Assembly (NCBI GenBank): GCA_044892525.1
Contig: CM097886.1
Coordinates: 168,132,312 to 168,196,311 of the forward strand
DNA length: 64,000 nt
Source of the DNA: Schmidtea polychroa
Taxonomy: Eukaryota
Reading direction: 5' to 3'
The notes beneath the pieces are model-generated. The model was not told where the DNA came from, did no database searches, and worked only from the letters and a program-made list of their open reading frames with translations. Positions 50,091 to 63,078 of this stretch are shown in pieces; positions within the stretch are counted from its first letter, which is position 1; every line of letters starts with the position of its first letter. The position numbers and the translations under genes are program-made.

Positions 50091-50241
50091 ATACAGAATT
50101 TATAAAATCTTTACAATGCACAGTCTGACACAAAGTTCAAATGATGGCGTGACAGTTAATTAAAACAACTCTTGCATTGGTTCTTCATTATGTGTTTTTA
50201 TTCATCAAAATAAAGTTTCGCTAAATCCAGTTTATTTACAG

Positions 50242-50355
50242 GCACTTCGTCGGATTGGTAATGATTACTTGATTCTCATTCTTTGCATAGCCACCTTTCT
50301 TTCATTTCTACCTGAAGCTGGACAATATTCATGTTTTTTCGTCTATCTCAGACTG
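50242..50355 (+). CDS. HIAT1: HIAT1/MFSD14-like, exon 3
   Basis: ttacag|ALRRIGNDYLILILCIATFLSFLPEAGQYSCFFVYLRL|gtaatt. Confidence 0.93.
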
Positions 50356-50415
50356 GTAATTTTTCGTGACATTTGGTTCTCAAATAACATTTCTCCTATT
50401 CTTTCTTTTCATTAG

Positions 50416-50868
50416 GTTCTTGAATTTTCTGAAGAACATGTTGCATTGTTTATTGGATTTATTGGAATATTTTCCTGTTTGGCACAAACAATTCTACTTG
50501 ATATTCTAATGAAATATGCCGGGCCTAAGAATACGATAATCTTTGGATTGGGGTTTGAAATGATCCAATTGACGATTTTCGGATTCGCCAATCTTCGCTG
50601 GATGATTTGGCTAGGTGGTGGTATCGCTAGCCTCGGTTCGATAACTTACCCGGCGATTAGTGCATTTGTATCGAAACATGCCGATACCGATCAACAAGGC
50701 GTAGCACAAGGGGTTTTAACTGGTATTAGGGGCCTATGCAACGGACTCGGTCCTGCGATGTTTGGTTTTACGTTTTACTTGTTCCAAGTGGATTTATCTG
50801 GACAGCAGCCTTCAGATGATATCATGAAGAACAAAAACCTCAGCAGTCACGAGGTGTTTAGATCTCAG
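50416..50868 (+). CDS. HIAT1: HIAT1/MFSD14-like, exon 4
   Basis: attag|VLEFSEEHVALFIG...DQQGVAQGVLTGIRGLCNGLGPAMFG...RSQ|gttatt. An alternative donor at gag|gtg (50853) is possible. Confidence 0.9.
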
Positions 50869-51129
50869 GTTATTATTTTATATTTATTATATAGCTAATT
50901 AAATGATTTTTATTCATAAATTCAAACGTAACTTACATATCAGTAAAATCGATTTATTTATTGACCCTTTTCGATTTATTTAGATTTTCGATCAGTATTT
51001 TGTTCTATATTTAACACAAATTTCCCGCATTGCCTTTTTAACATTTGAATCCATATAATGACCGAATCCTAAATTAGTAAAAAGAAATAAAATATTGTTT
51101 AGTTTATTTTTATCATAATTGGAATTATT

Positions 51130-51460
51130 TTTATTGATTTAATAATATTTCATTTATATCGATTTAATAATAGTTTATTTATATTGATTTAATAATATTT
51201 CATTTATATTGATTTAATAATAATTCATTTATATTGATTTAATAATAATTCATTTATATTGATTTAATAATAATTCATTTATATCGATTTAATAATAGTT
51301 TATTTATATTGATTTAATAATATTTCATTTATATCGATTTAATAATATTTCATTTATATTGATTTAATTATAATTCATTTCTATTTTATATTTTTTAACA
51401 TCGATTTTTAATGATTATCGATTTAATAATATTTTATTTATATTGATTTAGTTATAATTC
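51130..51460 (+). repeat. ~25-bp AT-rich minisatellite
   Basis: atat(t/c)gatttaataataattcattt repeated about 10 times. Confidence 0.85.
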
Positions 51461-52713
51461 ATTTATTTCTATTTTATATTTTTTAACATTTGAATTTATA
51501 TTCACTGTAACTTCTTTTGTAACTTCACTGTCTGAACTATGAATCAGTAAATATATCGATGTTTTTGATATTCACGAATTTTCGGTACTGCCCTTTTCAA
51601 GTGAATTTGATCTGTCTTTATTGAGATCTTGAAATGGAATGAAAATCTGCCTAAAATCGGTGTCATCAATTAGCAACAACTAAATTTTGAATTGATGTCA
51701 CAATATTGCTATCTGGTTACATTAATTGTGACTTGTAGGAGGAACCTGTAACCTGTAACTTGCATTTGATTACCTTGTCACGAAACAGCGCGTCATATAT
51801 GTATATTGGTTTGATTTCTTATTTAATCTTATCCCTATACTCATAAATAACTTACAAGTGATTCTCGCTTTCTATCATACAATTGGGATTTTTGAATTGA
51901 AGTAACGCACAATTCATCCAACGATATCCTTTCTGTGTTTTCCACCCTTTATATTTCCCTGACATTGATTTACATTACTTGTCTACGACCTTAGCCAGTT
52001 CATTCAAGTCTTCTAGTTGACTTAATGTCAGCGTTACCATGAAATATAAGACAAAATATTGATGTATGGTGTGAAAAGAAATGAAGATTAATATATCCTA
52101 TGAAATTAGGAAATTGTTGGTTAATAATGGCACATTAGGAAATGTATGAACCTGTGAAAGAATTTCGATAATTGAGTGTAACAATTGATCTTTTCAAAAT
52201 AAAGCATTTATTTAGGAAGCAAAAATCAATTTTTCCCATTTTTGTTATATAAATTGTCAATAAATTCCCCATTGAAAAATCGATTCCAACGCTAATTGAA
52301 AAATTTTCCAATGTGTAAACTATCGAATAAACTGATTGATTTTTTGATCTGATTTGTGCAAATCCAAAAATAGGTACAAAGTACAAAGCGATATTGCAAG
52401 CAGATCAGTGTTTACTATCATTCTCCAGTTGTCTCGTAAAGGTTTCTGTTAGAAATTCATTTAATTCTGCAATGTGTTTACTGACATTGTTGGCTGTAAT
52501 TTTTTGTTATTGTTGATGCGAATCATTTAGGGCTCTAGTGCCCAAACTTTCCTGGATTTTTATTCACCGGTTATCGATTAGAATTAAAAGTTATTGTAAA
52601 ATTTAAAATAAGTTATATATTTGAATTGAAATTGAATTGATTTTATTATGATTCGATAGAAAATTGATTTTCAGATAATATTAATATAAAAATGCCATGT
52701 TGTCGATTAAAAT

Positions 52714-52754
<41 letters not shown>

Positions 52755-54308
52755 TTCTGTTATATCTTTGCAATTGTTCTCTTTCCATAACATAGGCATT
52801 AGCACGGTTTATAATTAGTGGGAAAACAACACACACAGCAAGTTGACTAGAACAAATAACGCATTAAATGGATAGGGTAAAAATAAATTTAAATCAAAAA
52901 ATATGATGCAAAATACGGCACAGTTTAGTACGTGTTTAATCGGTCACAACCGACATTTATTCTAACTCACCTGACTAGTAAAATAGGCGGAAAAAGAACT
53001 GAATAAAAATTTATTTAAAAATTTTAAATCTAGCTACAAATTTTAGAAAGTATAATTCATATTTCAATATTTATTTTAAATTTATTGACAGAGAAATTAT
53101 CAAATTGATTATTAGATTAATAAAACATTGCGATAAACTACAAAACTAACTACGAAAGCCAACAAATACCAAAATGACTTGTTTTTATGGACATCTATAT
53201 TAAACTAGACATTTAAAAACCAAATTCTTTTACATCATATACATCAGTACCCGAGTTACATTTAGCCTTACTTAGAATATAATAAATGGAACTGTAGTCT
53301 GACAAACTGTAAAATTCGATTTGAAGTTACAAATAGTAATTCTCGGCAATAACTACCACTATGACCTCGTAAAAACAATATAAAATCTTTTGGCTGACAT
53401 TAAAAATTACAGAATTTTTATATTGATATCCATAATTCAATCACTTCATTTAAATAAAATAATAATTTATCCAATTAAAACCAAGAAGAAAATTCAAAAA
53501 CTTTTTGAAATTAAATGAGCACTTTTGATTCTGTTTAAATCTAAAAAATCTTAACTTCCTCCTTACAACTTATACCTAACAGTTATTCCATGCATTATTA
53601 GTAAGCCAAATTTCTCACTATCCTCTCCACCCAATATAAAGATGTTATCGAAAAATCTTCTAGGAATGAAAAACTCGCTTATTAACCTCTATACTTTTTA
53701 CCGACCTTGACAATTTCTCTATTCGTTTCTCCATTTAAAATATCATATTGATTTTGGATCTCGTCAATTTTCACTTTTCACTTTGATTTTTTCTTTTTTT
53801 CTTTGTCTTTTATAGATAGAATTTACAGTTTTACATTCCAAATTCTAAATCAAATAGTCTGACATAGAATAGTTTATTTTATTTAATCTATTGAAGTCAA
53901 CTGTGCTATTTGCATTTAAGATTGTGATCGAATTATAATGTTTATTTATTAAACTGACTCGAACAAAAGAATTGTGACAAATAGCAAGTGCAGTTTCTGT
54001 CAGGATCTTTTTTTACTAATTTCAAATAAATACCAAATTCAATAGTTCTTTCAATCACTTTTCCTTCTAATTTTGTAAACATTAGGTTTTCTATCTATTT
54101 ACGAATTGATCTATCGAATTTTTGACGATAAAATTTCAGTTTTAATTGTTTAATCCTTTTTCTTTTTCTCCATATTAAAATCAGTAAAGAATTTTCATTG
54201 ATTAAATTCCTCATCCAATAGAAGTAAACTGAATTTTTCATGCTCGTCTTTTAAGAATAGATAAGAACACAAAGAAAACTTTGTATCTATACTTTCCTTT
54301 CTTAAATG

Positions 54309-54780
54309 TGCAATACAAATACATGATTAACAAAGACATTTCTAATACAAATACATGATTAACAAATATATGTAACAAATATATGATTGACAAAGACATG
54401 TGCAATACAAATGCATGATTAATAAAGATTTTTGTAATACAAATACATGATTAACAAAGATCTGTGCAATACAAATACATGATTAACAAAAACATTTGTA
54501 ATACAAACACATGATTAAAAAAGGCATTTGTAATATATGATTAACAAAGACATGTGCAATACGAATGCATGATTAACAAAGACTATGTGTATTACAAATA
54601 CATGCTTAACAAATATATATGCAATAAAAATACACGATTAACAAAGACATGTGCAATTCAAATACATGATAAACAAAGACATGTGCAATACAAATACATG
54701 ATTAACAAAGACATGTGTAATACAAATATATGATTAACAACGACATTTGTAATAAAAATACACGATTAACAAAGACATAC
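54309..54780 (+). repeat. ~32-bp minisatellite (about 14-15 copies)
   Basis: tgtgcaatacaaatacatgattaacaaagaca with variants. Confidence 0.9.
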
Positions 54781-55367
54781 ACATACAAAAAGATATATTT
54801 CCTTAATGAAAAATGCTTGTCTTACAACACGTCAAAAGTTAATTTTTGAATTTTGAATATCTTTGTCAATTTCCAAGACGATACAATGAATAATATGTCA
54901 TTCAATATAATGATAACAATATTAGAAAACAGTAATTCTATTAAGTTTTTTAAAATTAAAATATGAAGAAAAAAATTCCAATTTTTGAACTTGTAACCTT
55001 CTACTCTATGTTGCAAAATATCCTCCATGTTAGCGTCAATCGTTTTAATCATGGTTGAGTAAAAAACAAAATTTTGAACCATCTGAAGATTTTGACTTAC
55101 CATGGATGAACGCTTGAAGGTTGCTCGCAACACGTCTCTACCTACATAATAAAAATTGTGACCTTCCATAAATATTTACATAGTTTACAGTTGATAAATT
55201 TTGAAAATTTTTATTGAATAAAAACATTGATCTATAATCGAATACTAAATGAAGATCAATAACATTATTTATTTCATTTAAACAGAAATCAACAGTATTA
55301 TTTCTTCTAAAATTTTGTTTAATACTTTGATTAATTCCACTTTCTTATTTTTCTCTAACCCGTTCAG

Positions 55368-55862
55368 AAAATTATTCCCGGTCCTCCTTTTGCATTTGGA
55401 TCTATTTTAGTGTTTTTAGCAATTCTTGTATCAACTCTAATTCCAAACAATCCTCACGCGCAAGTTCATATTTCCAACCCCAACAGTAATCGCCGGGGGA
55501 AAATAAAATACGTCGCTATTAATTCCTCAAATGTTGACTGTGAATCTTCTAAAATCCCCAATAACGACCTTAACAATCACCAATTAGCCGATGATGATTT
55601 CGAATCAAACTACCTTAAACACGCAACAGATTGTCTATCCGATGACAACTCGTCTTTGAATTCATCAGCTTATCTTTCTAATGATTTTATCGCAAATGCC
55701 GACATCACAGATCGCGTTCTAACTGACTCTACTGTTCTCAGAATGGAAGACAAGAAAAACAAACCCATCGTGCCGAAATTGACTTTATCTCGACAAAAAG
55801 AAAGCGCAATATCCAGAGGTTTCAAGTATATCAAACTCGGCTCAAAACAGGCGACTTCTTGA
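55368..55862 (+). CDS. HIAT1: HIAT1/MFSD14-like, last coding exon
   Basis: ttcag|KIIPGPPFAFGSILVFLAILVSTLIP matches the family IIPGPPFLFG motif. TGA at 55860-55862. Confidence 0.92.
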   Translation, partial: KIIPGPPFAFGSILVFLAILVSTLIPNNPHAQVHISNPNSNRRGKIKYVAINSSNVDCESSKIPNNDLNNHQLADDDFESNYLKHATDCLSDDNSSLNSSAYLSNDFIANADITDRVLTDSTVLRMEDKKNKPIVPKLTLSRQKESAISRGFKYIKLGSKQATS

Positions 55863-56509
55863 TGTAATAATCTGCGTCCAAATATATATAGGAGCAATAA
55901 CCCGTTCTGTGTTTTGTACATAGTTATTCATTTCTCCATCGTTATCTTTCAGAGAATATCAAATCACGGTTTAATTTCAATATATTATTATTATTATATG
56001 GGATTTGTATTTTTTTATTTTTATTTTTTCTTTTTGTTTTGGAATGAATATCAAATATTTCCGCAGGTGGAGGAGGCAAATGATTTTTGAGATTTTATCC
56101 TTGATATTTTCACTCTCTGTTTGTATATTTAATAAATAATGGGTTAGTTCTTATTTACGGGGTCTGTCTGTCTAGTATGTATGTATGTATGTTTGTATGT
56201 GTAAATGCATGCAATTTAAACTTAAATATTACAAAAAAAAATAAAAATTAAATTTTATTTGTTGGGTTGAAATTTAATGTTGATTTCCAAGAATTAAAGA
56301 AATGGAGATGTTTTACTGAACAAGAAAAGAAAGTTTTAAGGAAAATAAAACGATTAACCGTCTGGTTTCGGGTGTTTTTAAAAAAAATTTCCAGCGTGGA
56401 TTACTTTTACGGTTTCGGTTTAAACCGTTTCAGAAGCCCTACAATGTCTTTCTTTAGCTAGGGTCGAATTTTGTATAGAAAAAATACAGAAACCAAGTAA
56501 CCCTGTGCA

Positions 56510-57300
56510 CAGGGACGGATCTAGTTTTTTGGAGCCCAGGGCTTAAAAATACTACACGTTTCAAAATTGGTTTTGACTCATGCATTTGATATTGACTAAA
56601 AAATTTAAAAAAATAAGACAGTATTAAAGGTTAATTATTATTTACATTTTTAGTAAATACTCGTATATGTATTAAGAAGTACATTCAAGGATATTAAAGT
56701 ACAATCTCAATGAAATTAAATACAACACAATTACAATAACAGATTATTAAATTTTAAAATTATTAATGACGCATTTTTCTGCCTTCTTTCTCGCTATATT
56801 CCTTAATAACTTCATAGTTCAATGACTTCGTGAAATCACTTTTCAATGGTAAAATTACCAAGTCCGCTAATCTCTCATTTTTCATTTAATTTTTTTGTTT
56901 ATTTTTAATGTAACTCATTCTTGAGATTGATCTTTCTGCTTCACAATTTGTAATAGGTATCGCAAGGAAAATTTTTAATAATGTATATAAATTTGGAAAA
57001 GTATCAATTTATTGTTTATTGTAAATAATTTTTAAAATGAATAAACTCATTTTTCAAGGTGGCCATATCGTTAACATTATCTTTATAAAAATGATATACT
57101 TTTTCAATACTGGATTCATAGATTTCTTTTGTTTTTTTGTTTACAATATCAAATAAAAATTTAAAAATTTTACTTTGATTTTTGAATTCACTTAGAAATT
57201 TGTCTGAAACGACGTTCTAAACTTCAATTCTAAATTTATCTTTCCATGTTAATTTATGTTTACGTCTGAATATTTTGTATTCTTCACTTAGATTATGAGG
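56510..57300 (-). mobile_element. Degraded hAT (ZMYM1-like) transposase C-terminus and terminus
   Basis: Minus strand reads FPNLYTLLKIFLAIPITNCEAERSISRMSYIKN (hAT dimerisation domain). The end cagggacggatctag is at 56510. Confidence 0.65.
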
Positions 57301-57509
57301 AAGTTGAAAGATTCTTAAAGATTAATTAGAAATTTTGTAAAAATTTAAAATATATTTTTATTGAAAAATATTTTAAGAAAAACTGAAATTTGTTTAAATA
57401 ACAAAAATAAGAATAGACAAGTTTTTTGATTATATCATTTATCAAATAAAATTTATGGAATTATTTAGTGATTTGAAAACGGATGTTCTCACGGATGAGA
57501 ATCCTAATA

Positions 57510-57522
57510 TGGTGGCAGCGGT
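57510..57522 (+). promoter_or_regulatory. Primer-binding site, probably tRNA-Leu
   Basis: TGGTGGCAGCGGT is complementary to the ...ACCGCTGCCA-CCA 3' end of eukaryotic tRNA-Leu. Confidence 0.7.
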
Positions 57523-59114
57523 AAACACCGACGCGATTACCGAAACGTTAAGGTGATGACATGGAAAAAATCATCAGAAGATCCGAAATTTATTTCGATG
57601 CTAAAGGCATCAATAAAAAAGAGCAGGAAAGATTGACTGCATGTATGATCAACGAGGATCTATTGGAGAAATATGCGAAGACAGTTAAAAAAGCAGCAGG
57701 ATTTCAAGCCAGGTTACGAATGGCATTTGATTACGAAAGAGACGTAATAAAGGATGTGGAAAGTTTATTGAATTATAAAAGAAGAGGCGAAGATATTGAA
57801 ACACATTTTAAAAAAGTGGAGGACCTTGTTGACAGGTTGTTTGAGAATAAAGAATTCACCAAAGAAAAAATGTTATGCAAGAGTGGTCTATCAGGATCCA
57901 CTGAGAAGAGGACAGTACATGCAGAAAGATGAAAGAGAAGAAGGCAGGCGACGAGAAGAACCAGAGTGCTGGACGTGTCACAGAAGCGGACATCTAAGTA
58001 GGAATTTTCCATATAAAAAAAGTGCCAAGATGTTTTGGTTGTTGGAAAGAAGGTCATATAAGAAGGTTATGTCAAGAAATACACTGTAAAAGATGAAACA
58101 GAAATGGCCATAGATCAGAAGGATGTTATACAAAGTCGAGTTACAAGAAATCGATAGAGAAACAAAGACCGACAGGAAACAGATACAGCCGGATTAATGG
58201 AATCGAAGAAGAAGAGGAAATGGAATTGTGCGTAAAGACAAATGATAATTTTAGTAGGACGTACCCAAACAACAGGGCTTCACTAGTAGACGAGTTTGTT
58301 GGAGCCATATACTAACAGAAAAGTAGATGGGATATCCTCAAAGGGTAGAAAAGTTGGAGAATGTAGGAAGGGTAAGTGAGAAAGGATACAGGTTCCTAAG
58401 GAGAGAAAGGTTTGAAGAGGAAGTGGAAAGAATTGGAACAATTGAAACTGGGCAGGAGGTAGAAATTGTATATATCAAGCTAGAAGGAAGACCTAGTGTA
58501 ACAGTAATGATGAATGGGGAAATTTTCGACTGTTTATTAGACACCTGAGCACGAATAAACGTAATGAGTGTGAACTGTTTTAACAAGTTACGAGGACAAC
58601 AATTGATGAGAAGCGACGATAGGTTACGATGTGCAAACGAAAGTACGATAGACACAATTGAAAGAACAAAGGTTAAAGTAACTATCGGAGATATTTCCAA
58701 GGAAGTTAGATTCATTCTCGCGGAGAAAGTGACACCAGAGGTGATTGGAGGAGTAGAATTACAAGAAGCATTTGGATATCGGCTGGAAAAAAAGAAAGAT
58801 ATCGTATCTAGTGAAAAAGACAAGAACTATATTTGTAACATTGAACCAAAATTCGTCAGACAAATAAGGGATGGAGAAAGATTGACATCTAAAAATTTAC
58901 TGTTTAATAAAGAAAAGTCGAAACGTGTTTATGGCGGATAAATGGGATGTGGGTCGCACGCATTTAGTAAAACATAAGATAATTCCAAGAGGCGAACCGA
59001 TAAACATAAAACCATATCGTCAACCATTGAATTTGAAAACAAAAAGTAAAGAAGCAATACAAAATTTGTACGAATACGGGATTATAGGGAAATGCAACTC
59101 CCCATGGAACAAGC
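57510..59114 (+). mobile_element. Degenerate Ty3/Gypsy internal region (PBS, gag, protease, start of RT), truncated by a second Gypsy
   Basis: PBS tggtggcagcggt, Zn knuckle CWTCHRSGHLSRNF, protease DCLLDT*ARINV, RT start KHKI..RGEPINIKPYRQP...IGKCNSPWN. Confidence 0.85.
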
Positions 59115-59800
59115 TGTTAATCTGTGTTATATTGGTATGTTCCTTATATATTTATGAGTTGTAGTGTTTATGAGTTGTAGTGTTTGGTTAGAAATTTGAT
59201 GAGCCCGAAAGAGTCACCGTTAAAACTTGTGGCGGGACAATCGGGGTGCGTGTTGTGTAACTACAAATAAAATAAAAATAATAATAAACAATAATATGAA
59301 TTGAAACCGAACTTTTATTAGAACAAAATTAAAAACCTTGAAGGAGATGTTTGTTGGAAAAATGTTTGTACTCTGTAGTTTCTGACTTATTATTCGTCGG
59401 AACTTTGATATATCTTGAAAGGAAAGTTTGGTGACAAACATGTTTGTATTCTGTAGTTTCCGATTGATTATTTTTCTTTTAGAAATCTTTCTTAAAATTA
59501 CTCGTTTTACTTGGCAGAACTTTGATATATCTTGAAAATTGGTATAAAATTCCAGATATTAAACTCACGAAATAGAGATTTTTTAGTAATTGTCGAGTTG
59601 TAGTAATTATTTTACTAATGCCTAATCGATTTTTTTTAAAATTTTCAATTTACTATAGCGATAATTTACTATAGTAAATTATCGCTATATAGTTTTTTTT
59701 TGAAAATCTTGATTTCCCAGATGGTGACAGTTTATATTTTAGTATTCACAATTCCTAATTGTGAACACTAAAATACATACTAAAATAACAGTACATTACA
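59115..59800 (-). repeat. 3' LTR of the CsRn1-like Gypsy
   Basis: PPT aaagggggaag (59804-59814) is followed by TGTAATG at 59800, with AATAAA near 59315. The end TTAACA at 59115 coincides with the break in the first Gypsy RT. CTACA at 59160 or 59176 are alternative ends. Confidence 0.7.
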
Positions 59801-60969
59801 TAACTTCCCCCTTTAAAACCGGAGGTTAACATGGATGAATAAAAAGTAACGTAAAAGAATTACATTCAATAACCTTTTTTTTTTCTTTGTATGTTTTATA
59901 TGTTTTAATGTATTTTGTTTTTGTTTCTTTGTTTCTACAACCTCAATAAAATTAAAAATTTACATTTTGTTTTGTATTTACAAGAAAAATAAAAAATGTA
60001 CAATTAACGCTGTTTGTGTTTTTATTTGAAGCATTCGCTGTAACGTTTTTTGTATAGTGGATCCAGTATTGTGTCTTTGTCGAATATTTTGATTGAATTT
60101 TTGTGGTTGAATTGGTTGTTTTTTTGTTTGTGTTTGGGTTTGTGTTTTGTCTTTCGGTGAGTCGTTTTGGGGGTCTATATTCTTGTGGTATGGTTTTATC
60201 CGTCTGATGTTTATTTTCAATTTGTTGTTATTTTTAATTATTGTGGCGACGTTCTTGTTGATTTCTAGGAGTTTGAATGGACCTTCGTATTTGGATTCGA
60301 ATCCTTTTGTGAATGGTTTTTTTATTAAGATGAAATCTGTTGTTAATACTATTTTTCCGTCTAATTCGGAGTCCGGTCTTCTTTTTAAGATTCCTTTTGG
60401 TTTTAGTTAGGTGGTTTCGCTATTTTTGTTTGTTATTTGTTTGCTGTTTTCAGTGTTTTTGTTTGTATCTGATTTAAGTGAAGGCAAGTTTGCTGCTTTT
60501 CCGAAAATTTTGTATGCTGGACTTTCATTATTTGTTGAGTTTGGACTATTTCTCAGTCCGATTAATATTGTTGGAAGTTGATTTAACCAGTTTTGGTCAT
60601 TGGCTTTTGTCCTGATGCTTTCTTTTAATGTTCTGTGGAACCGTTCGATTTTCCCATTTGATTGTGGGTTGTAAGCTGTTATTCGATTTCTTTTGATATT
60701 GTATTTATTGCATAGTATTTTGAACATTTCTGATTCGAACTGTCTGCCTTGATCAGTTATGATTGTTTTCGGTTGGCCGTAACGAGCTATCCAGTTTAGT
60801 TCGATCATTTCGCAGATATTTTTTGCGGTGATTTCTTTTATTGGGATCGCTTCGAACCAGTTGGTTTTTCTGTCTATGATTGTTAGTAGATATTTATAGT
60901 TGTCGTTTGGTGGTAGTGGTCCTACTATGTCTGTGTGTATTGTTTCAAATGCTTCACTGCTTGGGAAGT

Positions 60970-62829
60970 TTACTTTTTGTGTTTGGGTTTTTTTGTTGTT
61001 TTATTTAATTGACAGCTGTGGCAACATTTGACGTAATTCTTGATGTCTTCCCGCATGTGAGGCCATACATATTTGTTGTGTATTAACTCAAATGTTATTT
61101 TGTTTCCCGGATGATTGATAGCGTGTATCTTTTTTATGCAGTCTTGTCGGAATTCTTCGGGTAGTATGATTCGTTTGTTGCTTTCGTTGGAGACATCGTG
61201 CCATATTCCGTCGAGTTCCTGTAGTTTCAGGCTGTGTTTAGTAGGCAGTTTGCTTAGTGTATCGGTTTGTCTGGATTTGATTTGATCCAATTCGATTATT
61301 TCTCCGAATTCTAGGGCGTTTATGTCACTTTCAATTCTGGATAGAGCATCTGCTGCTATGTTTGATTTTCCCGCTACGTAGTTTATTATGCAGTTGAATT
61401 GTGAAATGAAATTGATTTGTCTAATCTGCCTTGGTGAAGGGTTTTTCATTTCTATTGCGTTTGTTAGCGGTTTGTGATCTGTGAATATTTTGAAGGTTCG
61501 TCCTTCGAGTAAATGTTGAAAGTGTTTGATTGCTTCGTGTATTGCTAGGAGTTCTCTGTCGAATGTTGAGTATCTTGTTTGATGTGATTTTAGATTTTTC
61601 GAGAAGAATCCTAGTGGTTGTTTGCCGTGTTTGTTTTCTTGAAAAATTGTTGCGCCCATGGCAAAACCTGAACAGTCTGTTGTTAGTTGGTAATATAGTT
61701 CTGGATCTGGGTAACCAAGTAGTGTTGCCTTTGACAGACTTTCTTTGGCTTTCTCGAAAATATCGGTTGTCTGTTGTGTCCAGTTTATTATGACATTTCG
61801 TTTTGTTCTGATAATGTCATTTAGTGGGGCTAGTAGTTTGCTGCAGTTTGGGATGTAAGAATGGTAAAAGTTTACCATTCCTAGAAATCTCCTCAACTCT
61901 CTTGTGTGTCGGCAGTTTGTAATTTTTATGCTGTTTATTTTGTTTTCAATTGGTTGTGTTCCTTTGTCGTTTAGTGTATGACCAAGGAAGTTTATTTCTG
62001 TTTTTATAAATTCACATTTTTGTGTATTTATTTTCAATTTTGCTTTGTTCAGCGTTTCAAATACTTTTTCTAGGTCTTTTAAATGGGTTGCTTTATCTGG
62101 GCTTGTAATTAGGATGTCATCCAGGTAAGCAATTGTGTTTTTGTTGTTTTTCATTGTTTGGTCCATGAATCTCTGGAAAGTTGCTGCGGCGTTCCGTAAA
62201 CCGAAAGGCATTCTGTTGTACTCGAACATTCCTATCGGTGTTGTTATTGCTGTCTTTTTTACATCTTCTTTTCTAATAGGTATCTGGTGGTATGCTTTTT
62301 GCAAATCTATTTTTGAGAAGTATTTGACGCCGTTTATTCGGTTTATTATGTCTTTTATTATAGGTAATGGGTAGCTGTCTGGTTCTGTTATTTTATTCAG
62401 AAGTCTGTAATCTCCGCAAGCTCTCCAATCGCCATTAGCTTTTTGTTTTAGCATCAGTGCTGATGACCATTCAGAGTTTGAATGTCTGACTATGTTGTTT
62501 TCCAATAGTTCGTTGAAAATATTTCTTGTGATTTCTATTTTTTTTGGATCCAGTGGTCTTACTTTTGCATGTACTGGATTTCCATTTGTCAGAATTGCGT
62601 GTTCGGTGGTTTGTTCTGATTTGTCATCGAATTGGACTGGTTCCATTAATTCTTTGTATCGCTCTAGGATTTTGTTGATTTCTGGTGTAATTTTTTCTAG
62701 GTTAGTTTTGTTGTTTGTGTTTAAAGTTACCACGCCTATGTCGATTTTTGGTTTCTCTCTGTTGCTCATGATGTGTCGTGATGTTGTTGTATCGGTATTT
62801 TCTAATATTTGTTTGTTTTTGCAATCCAC
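60970..62829 (-). pseudogene. Gypsy RT-RNaseH-integrase Zn finger (longest open segment of a frameshifted pol)
   Basis: 619-aa ORF. pol is split into 62882-63124, 60970-62829, 60407-about 60990 and 59978-about 60400. Confidence 0.88.
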
Positions 62830-63078
62830 TAGGAAGTTGTACTTTGTTAGGAAATCTGCTCCTATTATTGCTTGTTGAACGTCAGCTATTGTGAATGTCC
62901 ACTTGTAATTTTTTTTTGTTTATATTCAGATTTAGTGTTTGTTGTTCGAATGTTTTGATGCTTGTTCCGTTGGCTGCTGTTAACGGTTTATCTGCGGTTT
63001 TTGTATTTTTATACATGTAATGTGGCAGTAGTGAGATCAATGAACCGGTGTCTATTAGAAAATCAGTGTTATTTGTGT

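Noticed and set aside
54309-54780. CRISPR array
   Set aside because: Head-to-tail minisatellite without spacers, inside a eukaryotic intron.
59191-59252. Hammerhead (UUGAUGA-GCCCGAAA) or HDV-like ribozyme in the conserved LTR motif
   Set aside because: No GAAA follows a closed stem II, and no HDV double pseudoknot could be drawn. It is kept only as a conserved hairpin.
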